In this document: piece by piece, positions 22,911-36,212 of the stretch
How positions within the stretch are numbered: position 1 is the first letter of the stretch
How the letters are laid out: the number at the start of each line of letters is the position of its first letter
DNA from: Octopus bimaculoides
Lineage: Eukaryota
DNA length: 60,491 nucleotides
NCBI RefSeq assembly: GCF_001194135.2
Contig: NC_068984.1
Coordinates: 75,390,370-75,450,860, forward strand
Direction of reading: 5' to 3'
Program-made: the position numbers and the translations under genes
Notes under the pieces: generated by a model
What the model was told of the DNA's origin: nothing
Database searches by the model: none
Seen by the model: the letters and a program-made list of their open reading frames with translations, nothing else

Positions 22911-23192
22911 TACGAGGGTGGGCCTAAAATTTCATGGGCTGACTATGAAGGAGAGGTGTTAGAGCTGTGAAATATTGCATGCATTAATTTCAACACTTAC
23001 TAATAACTGCATTGTTTCTTTTCACGTAAACTGATATCTGGCTGTTCAAAACAGGCTTCAGAAATAACTAGTTGATTCTCTTGAAATTGGACAAAATTTG
23101 GGCATCGTGGCATTATCAAGTACTTGCAGGAAAAGGGTTTAGCCCCCAACCACATTCATGCTGAGATGATTGCTATATCAGGGGTCGACGCT
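22911..23192 (+). mobile_element. mariner 5' fragment (TIR and N-terminal HTH)
   Basis: Begins TA-CGAGGGT. After a frameshift it reads DKI-GHRGIIKYLQEKGLAPNHIHAEMIA, matching the mariner N-terminal R.VIK.L...G.....IH..M pattern. Confidence 0.7.
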
Positions 23193-24381
23193 AATGTAGA
23201 AGGATAGCATCTGTCACGCTCTGACCTATTCCACTATGCTCGACTTCGCTATGGCTGCCGTTTTTCTGGACTAAAAGCGTTACAATAATAGATTGGACGG
23301 CGGACAGAATGCAATGTATCAAGATTCTCACTCCACACACCATACATCACTAGATATAAATCGAAGAGTGCAGAATGATCCTCAGTGAGACGAAGACATG
23401 GTAACTGAGAAAATAAACCTGTAGGATACGTATCCTTATTCGTCTGAATAACTGCGTACGATAGTACTGCTCGGTCAGGGCTGATCTGGAGCTACAAAAC
23501 ATCAATTAAGACACTAGCAAACCTCTCAGCGATCGCTTGACTTGCAAGAAACAGCAGCCATATCTCAGTCAAATCCTATTAACACAGCTATCAGCCATCT
23601 TAAAACAACACTATCTCCTGACATAAGCAATTTTTTAACTCACTACCAAATTTATTGCACGCTTTTCTTTTTCCCCGTCTTCAACTTTTTTTCTGTCAGT
23701 CACGCTTTCTGGCCGTTGTCTCTCATACGGAAGCTCTTTTATAAGTCTGTTTGTGTGTATGTCGCTTTCGTGTATGCGTATATATATATGCATGTGTGTA
23801 TGCATGTGTCTATATAATATATACATATATTTGTGTGTGTATGTGGGTATGGGTGTAGGTGTGTGGGTATGGGTGTAGGTGTGTGGCGGGGTGTGTATGA
23901 ATGTTTTTGTATATTTAATATGTGTGTGTCATCGTGACTGTGTGCATATGCTTAAACACACACACACGCACACACATACATACACACACACATCCTGACG
24001 ATTATATAAAAAGGTGCATCAAATATATGACTAGATATTTTGTAAATGACTGCTTTAAAAAATGAGATAGACAGACACATTTTTTTTCTGCAAATTATGA
24101 AATTTTTGCACACATATAAATGTGTGTATATACATATAAGTGTGAATGTATGTATATAGATGCTTCTATTTCTGTGTATGTACTTATACATTTATATATT
24201 CTTTCTGAAGCATTAGACATCATATATAAGTGGCTATTTCGCAAATAGACGCTTTCTCACATATGTTACAAACAAACACACACACACGCACGCGTGTGTG
24301 TGTGTGTACAGAATACACTCTTGTATATATAGTATATACGCACAAAAATTGATAAATATTCAATCACCAAAATACTTTAAC

Positions 24382-24496
24382 CTCTCTCACACTCTCTCTC
24401 TCTCTCTCTCTCTATTTCTCTCTCTCTCTCTCTCTCTATTTCTCTCTCTCTCTCTCTATTTCTCTCTCTCTCTCTCTATTTCTCTATCTCTCTCTC

Positions 24497-24532
<36 letters not shown>

Positions 24533-24537
24533 TATCT
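24382..24537. repeat. (CT)n with periodic ATTT interruptions
   Basis: Direct reading. Confidence 0.95.
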
Positions 24538-25189
24538 TCTATGGCATTTGCCATCTACACGTATTCTCCTCACCCCCTAATATACCTGAGAAACCCGCTT
24601 TTTCTTATCTAGTTACCCTTGCTTTCACTTTGTGAATCTCAGAGTAAACTCCCTATTTTACTTTCTGAGGAGAACTTCAACTTTCTCGGACGCATCTCCA
24701 CCGACGACGATATATTCGGCATACGTCTATCTCTGGATGTACAAACTGAATGTTAACCGTAACGAGGTCAAGATCCCGAGAAAGCTTGTAAAAGCTGTAG
24801 TCACTGATCCTCCTCATTTAGATATACCAACAAAGAAACCTCTACGGAGCTGCTCGATCCTTTAGAAATAACGGTCAAATAATTTCAAATCACTCCCTAC
24901 CATCTCACAGAAATGAAGGACCCATTGGACAATATAACTCTTCTTTTTTGTGACATCAGTTCAACAAACTAGTGACTTCCGTGCCACGTGTTCACTGATG
25001 TGATCAGTTTGGGGCAATTTTCAGTAGGTAGTCTCTAGGTTGTTTACTCAACCACTATTCCATGTCATCAACCCGTAGCCAACCAGTCTGCCTCACCAAC
25101 ACTTACCTGGTAGAGTAGCAAATGTGACAGGTTGCTCAAGAATGTCAAGTGAATGATAGTAAGTATAACCAAAGTATGCAAGTTTTCAC

Positions 25190-26420
25190 TTGTGCAAAGT
25201 GTTTAGGGAGATGGGTAAGTTATCCGTTTAATCTAGAATGTGTGCGTCAGTTTTGCAGAGTGTCCACAGGCTCCGCTGCATACGGCGTTATGGCATAAAT
25301 CAAAGCTGCTGATTTGCGCTGTTGCTCAGTCTTTATGTCTAACAGACATACTTCGCGGCCGTACAAGGCCACCGAGAAAAGTAATGGCTTCACTAGCAAA
25401 AATATTTGTGTTGCGAGACTTTTGTCAAAATTTGGTCAGCTCATTCTTTGCTGAGCGACCTATTCTCAGTTTTCAGAGGTTTTCATTATTTTTGTGACAG
25501 TCGCTATACATAGACACCCAGGTATTTATATTTTCTGACCAACTTCATATCTTAGCCGACGACCCAGAATACTACATACTCAGCAGAGCCAACGGCCATT
25601 ATCTGGTTCTTTTTAGTGTTCAGGTATTGACCAACCATTTCACTAACAGATAATAAAGTGGTACCATTGGCATATTTCTTAGTATTGATTCATTTTTTAC
25701 TGATTGAGACACTACTGACATACACTTATAGGATCATTCTAACCAATATTTTCCCATATATGCTGCACCAAACAGGTGACAGCACGGAGCACTTGCTGAC
25801 GCGCATGCTGTAACCAACCAGTCATAATTATCCATTTCTGTGCAAACTGGAGCCCGATCGACCAAATGACCAGGGAAACTCGTATTGTGCTTAGTCTTTT
25901 ACGGCTTATCGTAGTCAATGCACTTCAACAATGAAACTGTTTATCTTACGCTTTCTCCAGCATTCAACAGATATCCAAAGTTTGACTTATCCCTTACAAT
26001 TTTTATTAGGGGTTCGACTCAATGAAAAATTATTCAGGAACTTACATTGCTGGAAATTGTTCGATTGTTCTCAGTAAAAACAAATTAGAGTAGAACAAAA
26101 ACGTTTAAGTACCTTATTCGAAATGCAGACATTAGCAAACTTACCATAGTGGAATATGTTACACGATCACCTCAATCTTTTTACGATTTCCAAATGGTAA
26201 TGCATTGAAATCCTCCTCTCCATGCCACTGATCTTGTACAAGGGACGGTTAAATGGCCAGTATATCTTGGCACCATCGAAAGCGTTGCCGTTAGAACACA
26301 AAGAGCAGGAGCATTCTCTCCTACACTCTAATAGTTCCACCAATCCACTGCTTGGGGCAGGTGCGGTATTTATGGACCCAGGAAGATTAATTAGAAAAAT
26401 TGACCTTTGCGAAATATGAA
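25190..26420 (-). mobile_element. Highly degenerate RTE-clade LINE reverse transcriptase region
   Basis: Minus-strand remnants in the expected order: CIDYDK (FIDYxKAFD), VSKCSVLSP (VRQGCxLSP), INTKKYANGTTLL (INNLRYADDTTL), KYKYLG, LLFSVALYGREV (LLYGxExW). Many stops and frameshifts. Confidence 0.7.
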
Positions 26421-27166
26421 CTTGGGACATAGAGCATCAGATCAAATGACGCAGGGCTTTCTATCTAACGCTTTTTACGACTCTTTCTTTCCCTCACACT
26501 CTCTTGCTTACTCTCTCTTTCTCTCTCCCATATATATGCGTATGTATATATGTGTGAGTGTGTGTGTGTGTGTGAGTGTGTTTGTGTGTATGTGTATGTA
26601 TTGCATTTGTATGTATATTTACATTTATTTTTGCAACTAGGTATAACGTGGATGCTTGAACACATACCGTCTTCGTATATCTTTTCTCAAACATTCTCAC
26701 AAACCGGACACATAGTAAACACAATGAAATATAATGTTACACGCATAATCATATTTAGAGATACACAGACAGACACACAGACACCGACACACGCTCGCGC
26801 GAACACACATGCATGCACATGGTTACACATATATACGTATATGTATTATTATGCGATACCAAATTGATAAAATCTTCATACAGCGACAACTCCATTGAAA
26901 ACTAATTCCATCTCATTTCCAGACAAACCAAAAGTTGACGGTGAAAGCTGCTTATTTTGTTTCAGTAGCACAAAGCTGCATTTAATATAGTGGAGCCAAC
27001 TACACAAACTTACAAACCACTACATGCACAGAAACACATACTTTCCACTCTTATTTAAAAGAGTTCTTTGTAATGGTTTCGAATGTATTCATTTTCGTGT
27101 GTGTGCGCGCGCGCGCGAGTGAGTGTGTGTATGTGCAAGCACGTATGCATGCACCTATGTATGAAT

Positions 27167-27168
27167 AT

Positions 27169-27208
<40 letters not shown>

Positions 27209-27239
27209 GTAGGTAGGTAGGTAGGTAGGTAGGTAGATT

Positions 27240-27308
<69 letters not shown>

Positions 27309-27318
27309 TTAGATAGAT
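27167..27318. repeat. (AGAT)n-(AGGT)n-(AGAT)n
   Basis: Direct reading. Confidence 0.95.
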
Positions 27319-28565
27319 ATGTATATGTATATACATGTATATATGTGCCTGCACACATGTGAAACGCTTCCAAAACAATCATACTTATTGCAAACTCTTC
27401 AATTATGTCTAAGTCAGTTACAGTTGTACAAGGAAGATGGTTACTGTTATAACCAGGATCAATAATAGAAAATATGGTTACTGTCGTAGTCAGGATCAAT
27501 ACACAGAAATATTCCAAAGCCTCACTGCAGCTGTCGTAATATTACATGCTTTTCTTTTGATAGTATCTCACGAATGCGCTTTTATACCGTGTGAATGTAA
27601 TATCTATAGTCGATGCTGTAAACAGTTATGGTGGTATTACAGGGAATACGTTTAAGGACAGGTATATTTAGGACCCTTATGCCTTCAGACACACTAGCAA
27701 ACTTCAAGTAATTTTATTACCTCAGTATACCTGCGATTTCAAAGAGAGACATAAAAACAATTCCAGTTCCACGGTTAGAGTTTAAAAAGTTTGAGGTTGG
27801 GTCAGAATGTATAGACAGCAGCAGTATTTGAGTGGAACTTTATTTCATCGGCCCCGGGAAGAATACAAGGCAAACTTAGCTCCGATGATATTTAAACTTA
27901 AAACGTCAAGATGCGTAACTAAAAACAGCAAGGTATTTTAATCGTCACTCTACTATTCTGTCAATACACCACCTTAAGAAGCTTTTTGACGATTTAACAG
28001 AGAGTGTATTTTTTGTATACAAACCACTGGGTTATGGGCCCCACTGGGTTAGGACTACGCAGTTCTGTTCTGTGTAACTTAGTCGTGTAATGGAATTGAT
28101 GCATTTTCACTGCGACTTATTTTATGAATCTTGAAAGGGTGTAGGGCAAAGTTAATTCGTTTACGATTTGAACTCATAACGTAAATAGGTCGTATCTAAA
28201 ACTACAAAGGTCTTTTCTTCGACATTTTACCGTTTGTCTTCTATTCATGAGCACAAATTAATGATTTTTAGCACAGTCACTAACGAAGAAATGTTGGAGA
28301 CGGCTCGAGTTGATGCTATCGGCACTAGTGCTTTAGTAACACTCATTATTTTAGGCTCCAAAAAGGTGATAGGCAAAGATAATATCGGTAGGATTTCGAT
28401 TCAGAACGGAAAGAGAAGGGATGTAAGTAAATAACGAAAATAGGTATAGTTGAATGGTTAACAACGTCGTTCCGTAACCACCTGGAACTGGGTTCAATTC
28501 CACTCGTAAATTGTTGGTAACGTCGAAGATATCGTAGAGGATATAAACCTCATGTTCACCAATAT

Positions 28566-28776
28566 GTTTGTTCCAAATTTTGTCACAAGGTCAGCAATTT
28601 CTGCGTAGGGAATAAGTCGTTTACATTGATCTCAGTACTCAACTGGTACTTATTTTATCAACACAGAATTGAAAGGTAAAGTCAACATCAGCGGAATTTG
28701 AACTCAGAAAGTAAAGACTGACGAAATTCCACCAAGTATTTTGTCCGGCGCGGTAACGACTCTACCGCCTCACCGC
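28566..28776 (-). mobile_element. SINE family A
   Basis: Family motifs on the minus strand. Confidence 0.85.
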
Positions 28777-28931
28777 TTTTTAGTGTACTGATATTCAATA
28801 ATCTTTTGCTTTTTCTCCATATACACACGCATATACATGCACACACCTAACATACGCACAAACATACATACACAGGTACGTACATCCTCCATCCATCCAT
28901 CCATCCATACATACATACATACATACATACA

Positions 28932-28963
<32 letters not shown>

Positions 28964-29347
28964 AGCACATGCTGGGACACAGAGAAACGGACAAAACTGC
29001 ACCATTCTAAGCCTGACACAAGTTTAGGCACACACTCACACGCATTCAAACTCATGCTATAAATACACCTGAACCTCCTCGCGCATACAGTCACGTGTAC
29101 ACAGGTTATATGGGCGCAACATGGCACTAGTCACACATAAAAATGTGTAGAGTACAAACGAGTAACTTACTGGCGTTAATCTAAACATAAGACTTCCATA
29201 GCATACGACTTGCTTTTGATAAAAGGTCGGCTAACATTTGTTTTAGTCATCCTTTCGTACCGACTTTCCCCTTCTAAACAATATTAGACATCAAATACTA
29301 GACAGTATAATGTCTTAATACATCTGTCTGTCAGTCTGTCCGTCGAT

Positions 29348-29381
<34 letters not shown>

Positions 29382-29568
29382 GTTTATCATAGTTGATATG
29401 AGAGTCTTCCCTATTGTTTAATAAGCCACATCCACATTTGTCTCTAACCTATCTTCTTGGGCCCACTCTCTCTATATGTACATACATACATACATGCATA
29501 CATACGCATATACATGCATACATACATACACACGCGTATAATAATATATAAATACATACATACATACA

Positions 29569-29602
<34 letters not shown>

Positions 29603-29822
29603 CATACATACATGGTGGAAGTCAACACGTAACCGAGTAAAAACCACTTCCTAGGCACATTACATTCTATGAAACATCTTAACTTGGGTCTACCCATCGC
29701 TGATGACATCTCAGATATAAGGGAGTTACAATTCATTCTACACCAACCACAATTAGCCTCCCAGCAACAGCCCGATCAGCTGGACGTTGGGACCCACAAT
29801 GACGAGTGAATCGCCTTGCCGA

Positions 29823-29897
<75 letters not shown>

Positions 29898-30292
29898 TCT
29901 GCTACACAAGGTGCACGAGAGATCATGTTGAATATCATATTGCTAGTCAGAGCACTTCCATCTGCACACTTACGGCTGAGTGGACCCGCCTTTGAGTAGC
30001 AAGTACGACCACACTAATCGTCCACTTCTCAGGAAGAATGTTCACATTACCTATATATTTATCAACACGTTGCAACCCAATGTATGCAACCCTGTTGTTC
30101 ACGAAGTCATTAACACAATTAACCATCAGATTCCCCTGCAGCTCTCTACCTGATGCAGGACCTTCGCATGTGTTTGGATCGACACTGATCTTTTTCCTTG
30201 CTCCAGTGCACCATACATGTATACATATACGTACCCGATACTCTCATAATGTTATTTATATACGATAAAAAATATCAACAAAGTTCAAACCA

Positions 30293-30740
30293 ATGGCTAA
30301 AAAACAACATAAAAAAGCCCTGGTGTAATATTAAATTCAAACTTAATGCCATAGCACTCGCGAAGAAGCATTATAATAGAGCAACTGACCGGTAATTTGG
30401 TTCACCACCAACAAAAAATAAGGATAAAGACTTGGAAGAAACAAGAAGGGCCGCTGAAAGCTGTTAGTTGTAGCAGACTCCACCTATCCGTCGGTAAAAT
30501 GTAAAGTGGCCTGAATCCGAAGAACTAAAAGCGTGGATGTTAGACCAAAGACTTTCGAGTTTTTCAACATTCACTAAAATGATTATGCACTATCCATGAC
30601 TTGGTAGTTTTAAGGAGTCAACATCATAGTTTGTCGGATGTGTGAAGATAAATTACTTCTGTCTGAGATCTAGAGCAAGAATAGTACAAACAAAATGCCC
30701 TCTTTAATATGAGGATAATATCATTAAATTTCACAGGCAT
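30293..30740 (+). mobile_element. pogo-family transposase N-terminal fragment (BrkDBD and CENP-B-type HTH)
   Basis: NIKFKLNAIALAKKHYNRATDR*FGSPPT resembles the BrkDBD FKL.V...A...GNRAA.R.FG.PPT. KWPESEELKAWMLDQR...TKMI...FKES...CLRSRARIVQ...YEDNIIKFHRH resembles the pogo HTH. Confidence 0.75.
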
Positions 30741-30757
30741 GTATGTATGTATGTATG

Positions 30758-31245
30758 TTCTCTCTTTCTATAATTGAGAATAAATTTTTACCTGCCACCT
30801 ACTTAGTAGCAAGGTTGTGAAGGAAAGCGTTTGGTTTTGTGCACCGTCCCTTAAATTTTAAGAAGTTCTTGCATATTTCGATAGTCCTCAGATATCGTTA
30901 TCATTTCTAGCATATGAATTAAGGATTTGCATTCTCTCCCCAAGAACACATGTTCAGCTATACTTTGCTCCAGGTGGGTTGGTAAGTATCCTGTAGCGCC
31001 GATAACAATAGGTGTGAAACTTGAAAGTATATCTTGGATATTGGATTTGCGAACTCCTCATCAAACGTCCATAGGTGACCTCTTTCTCTTGTATTTTTCT
31101 AACCATATTGATATCCAGAGGGCAGCTGACTTCCACAACAGAACCTATCATTTCCTTGTGGTCTCACACAGTGATATCTGGCCAGTTGTGTTTAATTTGG
31201 TAGCTATTTTAATTTCTAAGTTTCACCAATATACTTTTGACATAT
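30758..31245 (-). mobile_element. Second RLE-type non-LTR retrotransposon 3' end
   Basis: Minus strand KHNWPDITV*DHKE...VVEVSCPLDINMVRKIQEKEVTYGRL...FKF, then after a frameshift TPIVIGATGY...IEICKNFLKF. This is an RLE with the PD..E motif. The 3' end is followed by (CATA)n. Confidence 0.85.
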
Positions 31246-31681
31246 CGGCTTCACTCTGTGTGTGTGTGTGTGTGTNNNNNNNNNNNNNNNNNNNNNNNNN
31301 NNNNNNNNNNNNNNNNNNNNNNNNNNNNNNNNNNNNNNNNNNNNNNNNNNNNNNNNNNNNNNNNNNNNNNNNNNNNNNNNNNNNNNNNNNNNNNNNNNNN
31401 NNNNNNNNNNNNNNNNNNNNNNNNNNNNNNNNNNNNNNNNNNNNNNNNNNNNNNNNNNNNNNNNNNNNNNNNNNNNNNNNNNNNNNNNNNNNNNNNNNNN
31501 NNNNNNNNNNNNNNNNNNNNNNNNNNNNNNNNNNNNNNNNNNNNNNNNNNNNNNNNNNNNNNNNNNNNNNNNNNNNNNNNNNNNNNNNNNNNNNNNNNNN
31601 NNNNNNNNNNNNNNNNNNNNNNNNNNNNNNNNNNNNNNNNNNNNNNNNNNNNNNNNNNNNNNNNNNNNNNNNNNNNNNNNN

Positions 31682-31730
<49 letters not shown>

Positions 31731-32429
31731 CATACATACACGTATATATATACATATATAGAACCCCACACACACACACACACATATATATATACATATA
31801 TATATATATATACGTACATGCATACACGTATATATATATATGCATATGTATATATACACACAAACACACGTATATATAAGCATATATATATACAAACACA
31901 CGCATATTCTTTTGTTCATTTGCTGGTTTCATTCACGCACACACACACATATATATGCATATACTCAAACATGCATACATTTGCTCATATATACGCATAT
32001 ATATATAAATAGATGTGTATATATATTTAATTATATAAAAACTATATTCCGAGTAAGCTATTAAAATCCACCCTTCTATCATGTAGTTATCTCTCTCATT
32101 CACATCAAAAGCACGCGGGAGCGTGCACGCACTCACATAAACACACATATACACGCATATACATAGATGTATAGTGTGCATGTGTGAGTATATGTGTGTG
32201 TTTATATACATACGTATATACAAGCGTATGTGTGTGTGTATGTATACGAAAGAATGGAAAAGCGAAAGAAAGTGGCACTCAATACGACTCGGTTCTATGC
32301 TACTTCGAGTTTCGTGACACACAGGATGTACTCATCTCATCAGATATCTGACGGGATTGGCCCTTCCTACGTACCCATGAAACTTTGAGTTGTATGTAAC
32401 TCAGTCAAACTGTTTCAAACAAATTTATT

Positions 32430-33372
32430 TTAATATGGGGTAGGACCGCCTTTGACAGTAATTACAACTTAAATTCTACGAGGTATGGACTTGTACAAAG
32501 TTTGAATTGTTTCAAAGGGGATTTTTGTCCATTCTTCAGCTAAAACAGTCTCCAGTTCTTGTAGTGATGATGATGGAGGATATCGACTCCTTACTTGCTT
32601 TTCTAAAATGCACTATAAATGTTCAATAATACTGAGATCTGGGAACTGTGGTAGCCAGATAAGATGTTCAATTTCACTAGAATGTTCCTCGTGCCATTCA
32701 GTAACAACTTTAGCTGTGTGAATTGGTGCATTATCATCCTGAAAGATTGCGTGTCCCTCCGGAAACAGTTCCGCAACCATAGAATGAATTTGATTAGATA
32801 AAATGCTTTAAAAGTTTTGACTATTAATTCTACCATAAAGGGAAACCATTGAGACTGCAAATTTCCAAGATATAGCCACACAGGTCATCACAGATCCTCC
32901 TCCATGTTTAAAATTTGGAAGAAAGCAGTCTGGGTCAAATGTTTCTATTGGCTGTCTCCACAAGTATACTGAGCCGGTGGTCAGAAATATGGTAAAGGAT
33001 GACTCATCCGAGAAAATAACATTCTTCCACTGCTCTAGTGACCAATTCTGTGGGATTTTACTCTATTCTAAACGCTTTACAATGTTTGTTTTTGAAAGCA
33101 GTGGTTTTCTGATTGCAGCCCTCCCGTGAAATCCGGCGTTGTGCAGCTCCCGGCGAATAGTTTTTATGGAAACTGGGTTCTCGAGGTGGTCTGCAGTAAT
33201 TTTGGGAGCTGTACTTTTGTAATACTTTCTAACAATTCGTGTATGAGTCCGACAGTCCCTATATGAAATTTTTGGTTTTCTTCCGGAGTTTTATTTCGAC
33301 GAGGAGGTTTTCCCCTCTTTCTCAAAGGCTGTCATTACTTTCGAGACAGTATTTATTGATACACTAAAGATT
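32430..33372 (-). mobile_element. Tc1-type transposase pseudogene, DD36E spacing (Incomer-like)
   Basis: Minus strand SGRKPK...TIRRELHNAGFHGRAAIRKPLL...WKNVIFSDES...KHGGGSVM...FQDDNAPIHTAK...WLPQFPDLSIIEHL*...KGGPTPY*. I count 36 residues between the second D and E. In-frame stops are present and TIRs were not identified. Confidence 0.9.
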
Positions 33373-33374
33373 TA

Positions 33375-33722
33375 GGCTGTTCTGCGAACTGGTCAGCCAA
33401 GCGGCGACCTGTTTTCCCGATGTATAGAGAAGGGCAGAGAGACCAGGAGATGCAGTAGATAACATTGGTAGAAGTGCAGTTGAAGGAATCGGTGATGTGA
33501 TAGGGTCAATGATGGGTGCAGGTGAGGAGGGTAGTGTTAGAGAGGTAAGGGCAAGTGCAGCAAGGGAACGAGCCGGGTTGGGAGGTTGGGTTAGGGAAGA
33601 AGCTGTGGACCAAGAGGTCTCGTAGGTTGTGGGCTCGTTTCAAGAAGGGGATGGGTCGGTTAGGGAAGATGTGCGAAGTGAAGGGGTCGGTTAGGGAAGA
33701 TGTGTGAAGTGGAGGGGTCGGA
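33375..33722 (-). mobile_element. PLE-A internal fragment (linker and GIY-YIG)
   Basis: KRAHNLRDLLVHS...QPGSFPC...ITDSFNCTSTNVIYCISWSLCPSLYIGKTGRRLADQFAE; nucleotide match to 40935-41270. A 29-30 bp tandem duplication lies at its 5' start. Confidence 0.9.
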
Positions 33723-34400
33723 CTGGAATCGAACTTGGAATCTTGGAATCTTAACCACTACGCCATAAGCCCGTGGGCAATTATGGAGTGAATTTTAGGA
33801 CTTCCTTCCTTAATACCGGTTCCCATATGCTGTTCATATCTGCACTCGGTCTGTTTAGGAAGTTGTTGTGTCCTAGCATATGTGCTGCTTCTTTTAGTTT
33901 TCGTATTTTCCAGTGGTGTTCTCTGTCTATTATTTTAACTTCATCTTACAGAGGAAGGTGGTCTCCATTTTTACATACACGATCAGCTGTACCCGATTTA
34001 TCAATATCTCCTTGTGTCACAGCTTTATGATGTTCCTCTACTCTTATTTTGAGGGGGCAACATGTTTCGCCTTTGTATAACCTACCACAGCTGAATGGGA
34101 TGGAGTACACGCAGTCTTTGTTCATATTCACTTCTATTGGTGGTTTTACTCGAAGGAGATATTTTCGAAGTGTTGTATTACTCTAGAATACTGTCCTGAT
34201 GTCACATGGGCCGCATATCTTTTGTATCTTTTTGAAGAGGCCTTTCACATTAGGTAGACAGACTGTGGTCAGTTTATGATTTTCATCCTTTCTTTTCTTC
34301 ATAATCGGAATGGATAGTATATTTTTGGGGTAGTTGTTGCTTTACAGACTGTTACTTAGCTTGATAATATCTTCGTGGTGGGTATCACGATCGCTGCTTA
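33723..34400 (-). mobile_element. PLE-B fragment (GIY-YIG domain and tRNA-like module)
   Basis: CVYSIPFSCGRLYKGETCCPLKIRVEEH...DEVKIIDREHHWKIRKLKEAAHMLGH...IWEPVLR...P* (stop 33781-33783), then ttgcccac and boxes TGGCGTAGTGG and GTTCGATTCC. Confidence 0.9.
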
Positions 34401-34688
34401 TAATCCTTTCTCTCCCTCTTCCTCTCTCTCTCTCTCTCTCTCTGTATATGTGTTTGTTTAACTTCCTGATTAACACTTAATAATCATAGCTCAGATCAAA
34501 ACATTGCATCTATGACTATTTTGTATTCCTATTTGCTGATAGAGTGTATCTTGGACTACATTATCCAATGTGTCATTTAAAAGAAAACAGAACAGCAGAG
34601 TGTGATTTAAAGATGTACCTCTTCTTTCTAGCATCCACTCGTGTGCTTACAGTTAGTTTACGCTTCCATTTCTCTCTCTCACTCACTC

Positions 34689-34738
<50 letters not shown>

Positions 34739-35634
34739 ACCCCCTTTCTCTCACTCTGGCCCTATTCGTCTTTCTCTCTCTGTCCCCCTCCTCTCTCTCT
34801 CTCTTTTCTCCATGTGCATTTCTTCCTCTAGCTTGCTCTCTCTCTCATTCTGTATGTCTGCCTAACTCATAAATATTTCTGCTCGTCATCGACATAGTGA
34901 TTACAACCTTAGCAATCGTGTTTATGCCAATATTCCTTTCACACATGAACGCATAGATATGCACATCTCCACAAACACAAACAAGCATTAAGACCTACAT
35001 ACAGATCTCATATAGTTGTTTCCGCTTTTGAAAAGTATTTTTAACACTCGTTATCCGAGGAACCTAATAACGAAATAAGCTATATCTGCATACACACGTG
35101 TTTGTGTGTGTGTGTGTNNNNNNNNNNNNNNNNNNNNNNNNNNNNNNNNNNNNNNNNNNNNNNNNNNNNNNNNNNNNNNNNNNNNNNNNNNNNNNNNNNN
35201 NNNNNNNNNNNNNNNNNNNNNNNNNNNNNNNNNNNNNNNNNNNNNNNNNNNNNNNNNNNNNNNNNNNNNNNNNNNNNNNNNNNNNNNNNNNNNNNNNNNN
35301 NNNNNNNNNNNNNNNNNNNNNNNNNNNNNNNNNNNNNNNNNNNNNNNNNNNNNNNNNNNNNNNNNNNNNNNNNNNNNNNNNNNNNNNNNNNNNNNNNNNN
35401 NNNNNNNNNNNNNNNNNNNNNNNNNNNNNNNNNNNNNNNNNNNNNNNNNNNNNNNNNNNNNNNNNNNNNNNNNNNNNNNNNNNNNNNNNNNNNNNNNNNN
35501 NNNNNNNNNNNNNNNNNNNNNNNNNNNNNNNNNNNNNNNTATATACATACTTACATTCATGCGTATATATACATTCATAATACATATAAATGTATGTGTG
35601 TTTGTGTGCATTTATGTATAAACACACATTAAAG

Positions 35635-35666
<32 letters not shown>

Positions 35667-35874
35667 CTTTAATGTGTGTTTTTTTGTATGTGTATGTATG
35701 TGTATGTATGAGTGTGTATGTCGAAAGATGAAGACAAAAGTGAGAAAAAGGAGAGATGGTGATATAGTGAAAATGAATGACAAAAGGAGATTGATAGGGA
35801 GTAAACTAAGCACACAGAGCTTATGAGGTTGTAAGAACCTGAGTTCAGGGGTGGGGAGGTTGACCATGAATATA

Positions 35875-36020
35875 TAATAACTTAGCGGTTCGGCAAAAAA
35901 AAACTAATAGAGTAAATATTAGATTTAAAACAAGTGCTGATGTAGGTTTCTTCGACTATACTCTTCGAGGTGGTTCCTCGACATGGCTGCAGTCCAATGA
36001 CTGAAAAAGTAAAATATGAG
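35875..36020 (+). mobile_element. SINE family E 3' half
   Basis: aacttagcggttcggcaaaa...cgacta...catggctgcagtccaatgactgaaa. Confidence 0.7.
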
Positions 36021-36067
36021 ATAAACAACAACTGAATTAGTAGGTAAGAGTTTTAGTAAATTAAAGC

Positions 36068-36212
36068 AGCACTTGTATTTGACTGGTATCTTATTTTATT
36101 TACTCTGGAAAGATAGAAGGTAAAGTTGATCTCTGCTGGACTTGAACTCAGAGCGAGAAGACAAGCTTTACCCAAAACCGCGGAGCATTTTGTTCGTCGT
36201 TCTTACCATTCC
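36068..36212 (-). mobile_element. SINE family A, degenerate
   Basis: actggtatcttattttat...aaggtaaagttgatctctgctggacttgaactcagagc...agcattttgttcg. Confidence 0.65.

Noticed and set aside
27340-27660. Hydrophobic minus-strand ORF (EALEYFCVLILTTTVTIF...) as a membrane-protein exon
   Set aside because: No recognisable family or convincing splice sites; the region contains an imperfect tandem duplication (atggttactgt...ggatcaata x2).
28234-28434. Open frame ending at a GTAAGT donor as a host exon
   Set aside because: TVTNEEMLETA resembles RTE LINE C-terminal sequence (VTNEEVL) and the acceptor is weak; more likely a LINE relic.
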